Part shown: piece by piece, positions 48,461 through 62,129 of the stretch
How the letters are laid out: every line of letters starts with the position of its first letter
How positions within the stretch are numbered: the first letter of the stretch is position 1
NCBI RefSeq assembly: GCF_009914755.1
Contig: NC_060925.1
Origin: the human T2T-CHM13v2.0 reference genome, Homo sapiens
DNA: 64,000 bases
Strand: one strand, 5' to 3'
Position numbers and translations under genes: made by a program
The notes under the pieces: generated by a model
Database searches by the model: none
The model's input: only the letters and a program-made list of their open reading frames with translations
Told to the model about the DNA's origin: nothing

Positions 48461-48783
48461 CAGTGGTCTCCAACCCTTTTGGTACCAGGAACCATTTTCA
48501 AGGAAGACAACTTTTCCATGGACAGGGTGGGGGATGGATTTGGAATGATCATCAGGTATTAGATCCTCATAAGAAGCAGGCAACCTAGATCCTTCATATG
48601 CCCAGTTCACAATAGGGTTCCCGTTCCTATGAGAATTGAATGCAGCTGCTGGTCTGCTGATCGACAGGAGGTGGAGCTCAGGGGTAATGCTCGCTGGCCT
48701 GCCACTCACCTCCTGCTATGCAGCCGGGGTCCTAACAGGCCAGGACCAGTACCAGTCCATGCTCTGGGGGCTGGGGACCCCTG
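48461..48783 (+). mobile_element. MER1B hAT-Charlie MITE
   Basis: cagtggtctccaacc...ggggacccctg termini and 8-bp TSD t(c/t)ctaggg. Confidence 0.85.
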
Positions 48784-49950
48784 TTCTAGGGAAATACCAT
48801 CACCATGTCTGCTACCCCTCCCACCGTGGGCGCTACCACCATTTGGTCACCATATGCAACCCTGTGTGAAGATATTCCTAATACTATCCAGGGTCCTTTT
48901 CATTTGAGTGACCTCTATCTCTTTGTCCCACCATCTAACTCCCACCCTCATAATGACTGGGGAGAAAACCTCCACCAGGGTGAAGCAAAAAACCTCAAAC
49001 AGAGGCTTCAAACAAAACTTAATATAAAGACTCCAACCATGAAGTTGTCTCTTTTTATCCCCCAGTTATCTTCTTTGTTGGTTTTGTTTTCGGGATCTGC
49101 AGGGTACCAAGTTATCTGCTAGAAGGCTCAGTCCTTCTCTTCTTACCAGCCCCGCTGCTACCGCCATGATGTAAATCGCTATGATCTCACATTGGTGTTA
49201 CTTACTGCAATAGCCAGCAAAGCAGCTCCCTTCCTTCCACTCTTGGCCTCCTAAGGTCTGTTTTCCAATAGCAAAGTGACTTTTTAATATTTTTCAGATC
49301 ATATGATGTTCCTGTTTTAAATCTTCATTGGCTTCCCCATGTCCTTAGAATAACATCCACTTCTTACCACGGCCTATGAGGTCTCAGGTGACCTGGCTCA
49401 GGTTCACCTCTGCCCCCTCCTCTTATTTATTATGCTCCAGCTGCACTGGCCATTTTCTTCCTCAAACACACTAAGCTTATTTCTACCTTAGGGGTTTTGC
49501 AGTTCTTTCACCTCCTGCTTTAATTCCTCTCTAACGAAGTTTTTTTAAAATAAACTTTATTAATATCAGAAATCACTTTATTTGTATATTTATTTATTTG
49601 TTTTCTGTCTACGTCCTCACTGAGCCTTTATCCAATAATCTTGTTCCTCATTTTATTCTAGCACCTAGTATTGTGCCTGCCATTCCATATATACCTTTTG
49701 GAAAGATCAGTGAACAGACTCCAGCTATACTATTTTTTAAAATAGGATTTACTGGAAGAGGAGACCCACAGAATCAAAGGAACAGTTGAAGACTCAAAAG
49801 AACAGGCTCAGAAGGGGCAGGAATAGGGAGCGGCAGGAACAGGGGAAGCAATTAGGATCTAGGTAGCAAGAAGGGGCCGATTGGTTCTGGCCACTTTTTT
49901 CTACTCTCATGTTGTTCCACTGATGATGCAATGCTCAAAAAATCAGATCA

Positions 49951-50220
49951 TTGGGAGGCCGAGGCGGGCGGATCACGAGGTCAGGAGATCGAGACCATCC
50001 TGGCTAACACGGTGAAACCCCGTCTCTACTAAAAATACGAAAAATTAGCCGGGCGAGGTGTCGGGTGCCTGTAATCCCAGTTACTCTGGAGGCTGAGGCA
50101 AGACAATGGCGTGAACCCCAGGGGGCGGAGCCTGCAGTGAGCCGAGATCGCCCCACTGCACTCCAGCCTGGGTAACAGCGAGACTCCGCCTCAAAAATAA
50201 ATAAATAAATAAATAAATAA
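49951..50220 (+). mobile_element. 5'-truncated AluY (Ye5-like)
   Basis: gaaccccagggggcggagcctgcag diagnostic, TSD aaaaatcagatcat. Confidence 0.93.
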
Positions 50221-50469
50221 AAAATCAGATCATCCTCGTGTGGGTCTCAAGATTATCATTTAGCTCGGGATACCTTAAACAAACTTCCCACCAAGACTAT
50301 AAACCATGGCAAAGAAGACAATTCTAGCCACCCCCCCCCCCAAAAAAAGTAGGGCTATTGTCCAAAGAAGGGAGGAATGGACACACCCACAGTCAAAAAC
50401 CCAAAACAAAACAAAAGTCTGCAATAATCTCTGACTTGACATTTTGTCATCTAGAAGACAACTACTTTC

Positions 50470-50768
50470 TTTCTTTTTTTTTTTTTTTTTTTTTTTTGAG
50501 ATGGAGTTTCCAGGCTGGAGTGCAGTGGCGCGATCTGGCTCACTGCAACCTACGCCTCCTGGGTTCAAGTGATTCTCCTGCCTCAGCCTCCTGAGTAGCT
50601 GGGATTACAGGCGCCTGCCACCACGCCTGGCTAATTTTTTGTATTTTTAGTAGAGAGGGGGTTTCACCATTTTGGCCAGGCTGGTCTCAAACTCCTGACT
50701 TCAGGTGATCTGCCCCGCTAGGCCTCCCAAAGTGCTGGGATTACAGGCGTGAGCAACCGCGCACGGCC
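50470..50768 (-). mobile_element. AluSx-like
   Basis: TSD ctactttctt. Confidence 0.95.
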
Positions 50769-50826
50769 AACATCTACTTTCTTGCAGTATTAACTGATGT
50801 TTGTTTAAGAGATATAAACAGATTTC

Positions 50827-51130
50827 GGCCGAGCTCAGTGGCTCACACCTGTAATCCCAGCACTTTGGGAGGCCGAGGCGGGCGGATCACGAGGTCAGGA
50901 GATGGAGACCATCCTGGTTAACACGGTGAAACCCCATCTCTACTAAAAAATACAAAAAATTAGCCGGGTGTGGTGGCGGGCGCCTGTAGTCTCAGCTATT
51001 CGGGAGGCTGAGGCAGGAGAGTGGCGTGAACCCAGGAGGCGGAGCTTGCAGTGAGCCAGATCGCGCCGCTGCACGCCAGCCTGGGAAACAGAGCAGGACT
51101 CCGCCTCAAAAAAAAAAAAAAAAAAAAAAA
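50827..51130 (+). mobile_element. AluY
   Basis: TSD agatataaacagatttc. Confidence 0.95.
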
Positions 51131-51829
51131 GATATAAACAGATTTCAATATTAAGTCAAATAAAAGAAGAAAGATAAATCTGTTCAAAATTATACAGCAT
51201 ACTAAAAAGATATGCTTTTAAATGTCTTCTCTGTCCTATGATTCAGAATAAACTAGAGGTCAGGAGACAGTTCCATGAGATATCCTTTTGGATATCCCAA
51301 ACTAAATTAATTCTCTCCTTTTCCTGACATCTGCTTCTCATACCATATTATCTATCTCAGTTAATGAAATTACTATTTACTCTCTGACTGGCCTAGGAAT
51401 TTGTTTAGACAGAGTTTACTTGTCTAGAGTAATAAACTGGAGAATAACATTTGTTTCCACCATCTCCCTCATTTCCCACACTCAATTAATCAAAAAATCC
51501 TATCAGTTCTAACTCAAATTCTCCAACCTATCTCTTCCTCGCCATTCCCAATACCAGTGCCTGTGTTCAGGCCCTTATTACCTTTGGCCGTGAACCACTT
51601 GCAACAGTTTCTCAGTGATCTTCACTCAATCCACTTAAGCCCATCTCTCACACGATTGCCACACTTACAACTCTAAAACAAAGATCTATGTCTGCCAGAC
51701 TCTTCTTTAAAAGCTTCTATAATTCCACACTGTCTACAAAAATAAAAGCCAACCGCCTCTGTGTCTTAGCTGAAATGACAGAATACAAAAGTTTCTCAGA
51801 ATGATCTATAAATGCAACCTTTTCTTTAA

Positions 51830-52010
51830 TATGGAGGTTCTTTAACCCTGGTATACATGAGAAAACTTGTAGTGCATTTAAAGAACACTGATGCTAAGAC
51901 CTCAATCTGAAAAAGTCTGATTTAATTGGTCTGGAATGAAGCCTTACATCAGCTTTTTAAAGACCTCCCCCAAATAATTCTAATATGTAGTCAGGGTTGA
52001 AAACTACTAA
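51830..52010. mobile_element. MER5-type MITE
   Basis: tctgatttaattggtctgg...ttctaatatgtagtcagggttgaaaactact. Confidence 0.65.
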
Positions 52011-52937
52011 TTTATAACGTGGCTAGAAAGACACTTCTACTTCCAGACAGCATGCGGTAATAGGGTTGGTATTCATTCCCCTTCACCCCTGACAGAAATT
52101 ACTAAAAAATAGGACAAGATATATAAAATAATTATTTTCAGACACTGGATATCAGACAACATAGGAAAGTTATCCAAGAGAAGAGAGAAACAAGCAAAGT
52201 AAGCCATACAACTGTCCTACTTAACTGCCCCAGAGCTCACAGAGAGGGAATCCAGGCAGAGCCTGGTGATCTGCCTGAGTTGAAGAGATCATGCAGAGAT
52301 TTGAGAAGGCCAAGGCAGGTAGAGTTCATGGGGAAGAGTACCAGAAAGAATAGAAAATTCCAGAGATCTGTGGAGAGTCTCCTTAAATATTCAGCTGAAT
52401 ACTGATCGGTATATCAGGAAACTACCAAGGTTGGGGTAAGAACCACACAAGAGAATCAGATTAAACAATCCTCTTGGCTCATACAAGGCTGGAAGTAGTT
52501 TGTTTCATCATCTACTAAAGTGGGAAAAGCCTCATAATTAACAGGATATTGGCTAGAGTACTTAGAAGGGTATCACCCAAGTAATGGGGAAAATTAATCA
52601 TCTTTAAAAAGTTGCTTGGGTTCCCCATAATGAAGCTTAAGATCAAGAAGGATCTGTTTCCAACTAACTTAACTGTGACCCAGAATAAAGCTCAATAATG
52701 TTTATGGGAATGCAAAACTATCTAACACCCAATATGTAAAATGTTTAATGTGTGGTATCAAATCAAAGTATTGCCAGGTGTGCAAAGAAGCAGGAAACAG
52801 TACTTAAAATGAAGAGAAAAATCAATTACCAGAAACATACTCAGAACTGAACAAATGTTAGAATTGTTATTATAGTATTTTAAATGTTCAAGAAAGTAGA
52901 ACAAAGATTGATAAAATGAAGTAAAATATTAATACAT

Positions 52938-53227
52938 GGGCGGGGCACAGTGCCTCACGCCTGTAATCCCAGCACTTTGGGAGGAGGTGGGCAGATCACC
53001 TGAGGTCAGAAGTTTGAGACCACCCTGGCCAACATGGTGAAACCCCATCTCTACTAAAAATACAAAAATTAGCCAGGCGTGGTGGTGGGTGCCTGTAATC
53101 CCAGCTACTCAGGAGGCTGAGACAGGAGAATTGCTTGTACCCGGGAGGCAGAGATTGCAGGTTGCAAGGAGCTGAGACCGTAACATTGACAAGAGTGAAA
53201 CTCCATCTCAAAAAAAAAGAAAAAAAA
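52938..53227 (+). mobile_element. AluS
   Basis: TSD attaatacatg. Confidence 0.93.
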
Positions 53228-53750
53228 TTAATACATGAAAGTTACAAACTTCTAGAGATGAAAAAGACAATATCTGAGATGAAGAATACACTGGATGGAA
53301 TTAACAACAGATTAGACACTGTAGAAGAAAAAGTTAGTGAACTTAAAGACATAGCAATGAAAATGATCCAAAAATAAAACAAGGAAAAGAAAACAAAAAG
53401 TGAACAGAGCATCAGTGATCAATGGGAAAAATTTAAATGACCTAATATATATGTAACTGAAGTCCCTAAAGGAAAGGAGTTATAGAGGGCAACAAAAATT
53501 TTTGAAAAAATAATGGCTGAAAATTGTCCAAGTATAATGAAAACTGTAAACACACAGATCCGGTAAGTGTAACAAATCCAAAGCACGAGAAACATGAAAG
53601 TAACCACACCTAGGCACATTTTAATCAAATTGCTTAAGATCAGTGATAAAGAGAAAAATTTATAAGTATTCAGGAGAAAAAAGAACATTATATAGAGAGA
53701 AACAAGGATAAGAATGAGAGCATAACTTGAAAATTAAAAGACAACAGAGA

Positions 53751-54047
<297 letters not shown>

Positions 54048-54115
54048 GACAACAGAGCAACATCTTTAAAGAGCTGAAGGAAAAAAAGAGCAGTCACCTG
54101 GAATTCTACAACCAG

Positions 54116-54290
54116 CAGAGTAGGTTTCTTGTGCATACAACCCGTGTAGTCACACAGGGCTTTGCACTCAGAAGGACGGGCTTGGTTTAATGCTCTGTTG
54201 TTGATGACTTGAAATTCTTAATAATATTTGAACAGAGGGGTCTACATTTTTATTTTGCATTGAGCCCCACAAAGTATGTAGTCAGTCCTG
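54116..54290 (+). mobile_element. MER45A hAT-Tip100 MITE
   Basis: 175 bp, 8-bp TSD a(c/t)aaccag. Confidence 0.8.
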
Positions 54291-54942
54291 ATAACCAGCA
54301 AGAATATCTTTCAAACATGAAGGTGAAATAAAGACTTTTTCACATACAAAAGCTGAAAGAATTTTCCCACCAGCAAATCTGCACAAGAATAAGAAGGATT
54401 AAAGAAATTCTTTCAGGCAGAAGGAAAATGATACCAGATGAAAATAATGAAGAATATTGGAAATGGTAAATATGTCAGTAAATATGAAACTTTAAAAATA
54501 TCTTTTACATCACTAATCAGTAAGGAAATGCAAATCAAAACCACAATGATATTTCACTTTATACCCATTAGGATGTCAATTATTTTAAAAAACAAAAACA
54601 GAAAATATCAGTGTTCATGAAGATATGGGGAAACTGAAACCCTTGTACACTGTTGATGGAAATGTAAAATGGTGCAGCTGCTGTAGAGAACAGTATGGTC
54701 GTTCCAAAAAATTAAATATAGAATTACCATATATGCAAAAATCCCTCTTCTTTTGCAACCCAAAAGCATTGCAAACAGGGACACAAAGAGACATCTGTAC
54801 ATCCATATCTGTTGCAGCATTATTCACAGTGGCAAAAGGTGGAAACAACTGAAATTTCCATTAACAGATGAATGGATTAATAAAATGTTGTATAAACATA
54901 CAATGGAATATGATTTGGCCTTTTAAAAGGTACATCATTATA

Positions 54943-55130
54943 AGCCTGAGCAACAAACTGAGACCCCATCTCTACAAAAATATCAAAAAAATTGCTTGTA
55001 ATCCCAGCCATTTGGGAGGCCAATGTGGGAGGATCGATTGAGCCCAGGAGGTCAAAGCTGCATTGAACCATGATTGTGCCAGTGCACTCCAGCCTGAATG
55101 ATAGAGTAAGACTATCTCACACACAAAAAA
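54943..55130 (+). mobile_element. AluJ fragment
   Basis: Partial left arm plus J-type right arm. Confidence 0.8.
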
Positions 55131-55454
55131 GTACGTAATTACAACACATGCTACAACACGGATGACCCTAAAAGAGATTATGCCAAGTGAAATAGGCTGG
55201 AGACAAAACAACAAATATATGATCCCACTTATAAAAGGTGGCTAGAGTAGTCAAATTCATTGAGCCAGAAAGTAGAATAGTGGTTACCAGGAGGTAGGGG
55301 AGGGAGAATGGGTAGCTACTGTTTAATGGATACAGAGTTTCAGTTTTGGAAAAAGAGAAAATTTTGGAGATGGATGGTGGTACTTGTTGCATAATAATGT
55401 GAATGTACTTAATGCAACTACTGACCTGTACACTTAAAATGGCTAAACTGGTAA

Positions 55455-55778
<324 letters not shown>

Positions 55779-56941
55779 TATTTAGTTCTATTTATTCATT
55801 TATGCAATGATGGTCTCAGCAGTAGGTAATAAAATATAACCTTATATTTAAAATTCATTTTTCATTTTGAAAGGTTTGGATCTTTGTCTCTTCTTTCTAC
55901 TTTACTATTTTATTTATTTATTTATTTATTTATTTTTAATGGTGGTGGATCTGAGATCTACCTTACTGTTTTAAATACTTAACTCCAACCAAATAGAAGA
56001 TAAATAAAAATTGTATTCCCTTACTTTTCTCTAAGGCCATGCTGGTACAACTAGAATTGGCTCTTTAGAATGTAGGTATCATTTATAGTAAGCTGGAGAT
56101 TTGATCACAGAATGATACATGTAAGAATGTCATAGCACAAAAAAATGCACAGATATTTTTAAAAGGACAAATTTCAGGACACTTTCCATCTGAGTTCATA
56201 AGAAAGTCCTCTTGAGTATCCTTCAAAGTTAAAACCCTCTCCCCTTCAGATTAATGAAAATATTAGGATGCATAGAACACAATGGGCACTGGTGATATGG
56301 CCCATGGTAGCTGAATTAGATTGAGTATAAATGAAGTCTTCACATAATAGCGAAGAGGCCAACAGAAGAAAGGCCAGAAAGCCACTTGAAACTCATGTCC
56401 ATGGAAGACCAAATGAAGTTGATTTAACTGTTCCCTTAGAAAGATATTATCCCATTGCTTAGCCCTCAAAGTGCTCATACTGCTACTTTCCTTCTTTATA
56501 TCACCAGTTCTGGGAGCAAACCTCCTGAAAGAATGGAAGTATAGACTGTAAATACAAGACTGTGGGTACAGCAAAAGGGCTCTGATGCTCTAGTTGTTTG
56601 TGTCTAGATACTGTCAAATGTCCCTTGTGATGCACAATTGCCCTTAGCGGAGAACCATTAACCAAAATAAATGAAATAATATGTCATGTTCATGCATCAG
56701 AAGACCCAATGTTGTTAAGATATCAATTCTCTATAAGTTGATCTATAGACTCAATGTAACCCCAATCAAATACCCCACTGGCTTTTTGTCTACATTTACA
56801 AGTGAATTCTGAAATGTATATGGAAATTCAAAGAACCTAACACAATGAAAACAATTTTGAATAAGAAGAGCAAAGCTCAAGAATTTGACTACGTGATTTC
56901 AAAACGTATAAAGCTACTGTAACCAAATCAGTTTGGTATTA

Positions 56942-57103
<162 letters not shown>

Positions 57104-58844
57104 TCAGTCAAACACAATAGAAACCCAGATACAGACGATTATATATGTGGTCAATTGATTTGAACAAAGGTGCTAAGGCAATTAAATGGAAAAAGGATAG
57201 TGCTCTTAACAAACAGTGTTAGAGCAACTGTACATCTACATGCAAAAAAAAAAAAAAGATAAAAAAGAAAAAAAAAACACCTTGATCACAATATACAAAA
57301 GTTAACTCAAATGGATCATAAGCCTAAATGTAAAAATGCAAAACTATAAAACTTCTAGAAAAAAATAGAATATTTTTGTAATCTGGATTAAGTAATGATT
57401 TCTTAGATATGACATTAAAAGCAGAACCATAAAAGAAAAAACTGATAATGTTTATTTACCACAGCAAAATTTTAAAATGTCTGGTCTTCAAAAGACACTG
57501 TTACTAAAATGGAAAGACAATCTGCACAGTGGGAGAAAATATTTGCAAAGAACATATATAATAAAACTTGCATTTAGAATATGAAATGAACCCAATGAAC
57601 TCAGTGAAACCCAAACAACTCAATGGAAAATGGGCAAAATATTTCAACAGACACTTTACCAAAAATATGTAGATAATAATCAAGCTCATGAAAAAAAAGC
57701 TCAATATCATTAATCATTAGGGAAATTTAAGTCAAAAAACCATAATAAGATTTCACACCCACTAGAATGGCTATAATATAAAAGATGTACAGTAACAAGT
57801 ATTGAGAAGGATGTGGAGAAATGAGAACCTTCATACATTGCTAGTGGGAATGTAAAAGGTACAACCCTTTTGGAAAACGATTTGGCAGTTTCTTTAAAAG
57901 CGTGCCTAGTGTTATATACCTCGAGAAATGTGCCCAAGAGAAATGAAAGACATGTGCACAAATAATTATAGCAACTTTATTTGTAATAGCCATAAAACTG
58001 GAAACAACTCAACGAATGGTGAATCAATAACGTGTAGCACATTCATACAATGAAATACTACTCAGCAACAAAAGGAAATGAGCTACTGATACCCACAACA
58101 GCATAGATAAGTTTCAAAATAATTATGCTGAGTGAAAGAAGCCAGACAACAACAAAGAGTAGATACTGTATGATTCCATTTATATGAAATTCTAGGAAAT
58201 GCAAAGTAATATATAATGACAAAAGCAGAGGGGCGGGAAGGAGGAATTTAAAAAGGGCAGAAGGAAACTTTTTGGGATCATGGATAAGTTCGTCATCTTG
58301 ATTGTGGTGATGATTTCACAGGTATATACATACGTTGAAACTTCAAATTGCACACTTTAAATTTGCCCAGTTTATTGTATGTCAGTTATATCTCAATAAA
58401 GCTGTAGAACAGCAACAACAAAGAGATGGCTAGACAAGCATATTACAGTAGTTGAAGTTTGATGTTAGAAATTCACTGAATCTTCTCTGAAGTCATTGTC
58501 CTCTGACAGTTGTCTGCAGGTTTCAAGCTATCCACCTACACAGAATGTGCAATCTGCTGGGCTTCAAAAGCACACATTGAGGCAGATGGCCAACAGCTGA
58601 CAATTCACTTAATTTCTCTTTTTAAATAGTTATATACTTGAAAAAGGATCGAGTTTGAATTAAATCCTCACAGAAAATTTCTATCACAGCATGGGATTCA
58701 CTTCAATAAAGCATCTTCCCACTGTCATAAATCTGCTTGTGTTCTTTTGGCAAAATTTTCTTCCCACTCAACCTGGCTTTGTTATCTTGTCAAGCCAGAC
58801 AAAAATTCACCTCCTGTATAAAGCCGTCTCTGATCATCTGCCTT

Positions 58845-59160
<316 letters not shown>

Positions 59161-59765
59161 TCATCTGCCTTTTAGCACCATAGAGAGGTGCCATTAACCA
59201 CCTGGTTTATATTGCCAGCATGTAGGGGCTGTAATATGGTACCCCAGCCCCACCTCCCTACCCCATCATTATTTTTTCTTAAAGAAAATAAGCTTGCCAC
59301 TTAGAATTTAAACTTTACAATTAAGATAAACTGATTTAGAGAATAAATGTAGACACTTGAAACAGTCACAAGGATCCCCAAACCAGATTATAATCTGACT
59401 GAAAATATTAGCATATCAGAGATAGAAAAAGAGATGTACCTAAGAAGGGAGGACAATCATCAGTGGACACTTACTGTCCAGGAAAAAAGAACCTATGTGT
59501 ACACCTTGATGCTCTGAAGCTATCAAATTATTTGAAATTTAGAATCCACTAATTAATTCCTCTTGCTCTAGATTCAAGTTTCAAAAACAACCTTTTGGCT
59601 GTAATTTGGCTCTCAAATGTGGCACATATACCAAGAGATATTTTGCTGGGATCATAAAAGAGAGTCTAGTTCCCTAAGATGTTAAAATTCTCATTATAAA
59701 TTAGTAATTTGTTATTCTGGGTTTATATAGTAGTCCTGTGATTTATCAGTTTAAGAAGCAGACTT

Positions 59766-60090
59766 GGCTGGGTGAAGTGGCTCATGCCTATAGTCTCAGC
59801 ACTTTGGGAGGGTGGGGTGGTAGGATTGCTTGAAGCCGGGAGTTTGAGACCAGCCTAGGCAACATAGCAAGACTCCATCTCTACACAAAATAATTTTTTA
59901 AAAGTAGCCGGAAATGATGGTACACAACTGTGATCTCAGCTACTTGGGAGGCCAAGGCAAGAGGATCCCTTGAGCCCAGGAGTTGGAGACTGCAGGGAGC
60001 TATGATTGCACCACTTCACTCCAACCTAGGCAACACAGTGAGACTCCATCTCTGAAAAAAAAAAAAAAGAAAGAAAGAAAAAGAAAAGAA
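59766..60090 (+). mobile_element. AluJ
   Basis: TSD aagaa(g/a)cagactt. Confidence 0.92.
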
Positions 60091-60180
60091 ACAGACTTAA
60101 CAAGTTAAAGACCAGATTTCAACATATTTTCCAAGATAATGCCACTTTCTATGGCCTGTTAGGGAAGTCAGCTTTCCTTG

Positions 60181-60183
60181 GAG

Positions 60184-60221
<38 letters not shown>
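60181..60221. repeat. (GA)n microsatellite
   Basis: Read directly from the sequence. Confidence 0.95.
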
Positions 60222-60223
<2 letters not shown>

Positions 60224-62129
60224 CTACAGTTCATCTTTCTGTTACAGCACTTACTCCATACTCCAGTTACTGAAGCATATTACAGAACTACAGATTCTGA
60301 GTTACCTGAGGGTAGTTTTGTATCCAGTTTGTGCTGGCCTCCACCATCATTGCTCAATAAGTAACACTGAACTGAACTGAATTTGGATAACGTGCAAAGC
60401 TGCTTTTTTACATTTTTTAGTTGATTGAGAGTTAGAAAATCGTACCAAAAACACCACTCCCCAAGTATAACCTCTAATACGCTAACATTCATTAAACCTC
60501 TAACACTATAGCTAAAGTTGTTACATTTTTTAAAGTACGCTAAACTGGGGAATTGATTTTTAAATAAAGGGCAAAGTAGCACTAACCTCAGTCAAGTTGC
60601 TGTAAGTGTTTCATTTGGGAATTGTGAAATTTTTTAAAAACATTTCAAGACTTATCATTACATCAACGAAGATGAATATAGGTGTAGTTTGTCAGATGAG
60701 TAACTATTAAGGAAACCATGAATGTTTGCTATCTACTTTCACAATTAAACCACAATTTAGAGGATCAAATTCTAACCCTACAAACTTTTTTTTAACCAAA
60801 GACAGGAAGAAAAATCATACTCTTGTGATAAGGAGTCATAATTCATTTTAAATTCTGCAGGATTAATGCTGCTTTCCAGATAAGAAGAATTCACCCCGTG
60901 TGCGTAAAGTGTTTAAGGAGCCTTGAAATTATAAATACATATTCAGATTAATTTTTTTGTTCTAAGCTTTAAATAAAATTTCAAAGTATTTTATAAAATA
61001 ATTAACATCCCATAGATATGCTTTTTTAAAAAAGTAATTATGTCTATAAAAGTAATTTGTATAAGGCAATAAAAATTTTACTTTATAAAAAAATCAAACA
61101 ATGAATACTTTTTGCTTAATTCTTTCTTAGGAGCAGTAATTTCTTATGGGTTCCTTAGAAGACATGTGATTTATTTAAGCTCTATTAACTGAATGTGAGT
61201 CTGTTTTCTGACATAAACAGTGGATAGTGTTATGAAAAAATAAAATTGTCAGTGAATAGGCTAAATTTCATAGTTCACAAATATAGCTATCCTGAACATA
61301 GAATACAGATCCAATGAACATTTAGTTTTATAATTAGCACTGTTTTAATCCAAATTCCAATTTTATGCATGGGAAACTGAGGCCTAGAGAAATGAAGTAA
61401 CTTTTTACAGACCCGTTAGCTCAGAGGCTGGAATCACTAGGCCTGGTAGTTTGATTTATGAGTACTACCTTCCATGAGATAAAAAGCTAAAAATGCTGTG
61501 ATGAGGACATGTTTATTTCTAAAAAGCCTGCAGCACAATCTATCTCTTCTCCCAAAAATCGTATGTATGACAGATTTTTATGTTACTGCTGCTACACGAA
61601 GAAAATTGAGCCTAATATGTTCAGTCTTCCAGGCCAAAGCAAAGGATTGATTTTAGAAGGAACTTGTCCTGCATGGCCTCCATCCAGCCATCAGGCAGGG
61701 CTCCAGCTCTGCAGGGGAAAAAGAGATAGCCCAGGAAGAGGGAATCACCACCCACCCCACCCTGCGATCTGTATCTAAGAGAAATAACCCTGAAAAGAAG
61801 AGCTATAAGAGATGGCAGTGTGTGCTTTCGTCCGGGTGCACTTCCCGATCCTTCATCTTTCATGCCCATCTCTGATGTTTCTATCCTGGTATAGCCTTCT
61901 GAGTCATGTGTTCATCTCTCCTTTGGCTCAACCCAACAGACACAGCCTGCAATCTCACCTCCATCAACACAGCAAATGTCTGTGTCTCAAAGACCTCGAG
62001 ATAGAGCTTCCTATGCTTTAACCCTTCCAGGGGCACACCTTTATTTCTGGGCAACTCAACACTGTCCCTCCTCCTGCCTCCACCACGGGCCCCATTACCT
62101 CCCTACCCTTCTCCAAGCAGTAGTCACTC

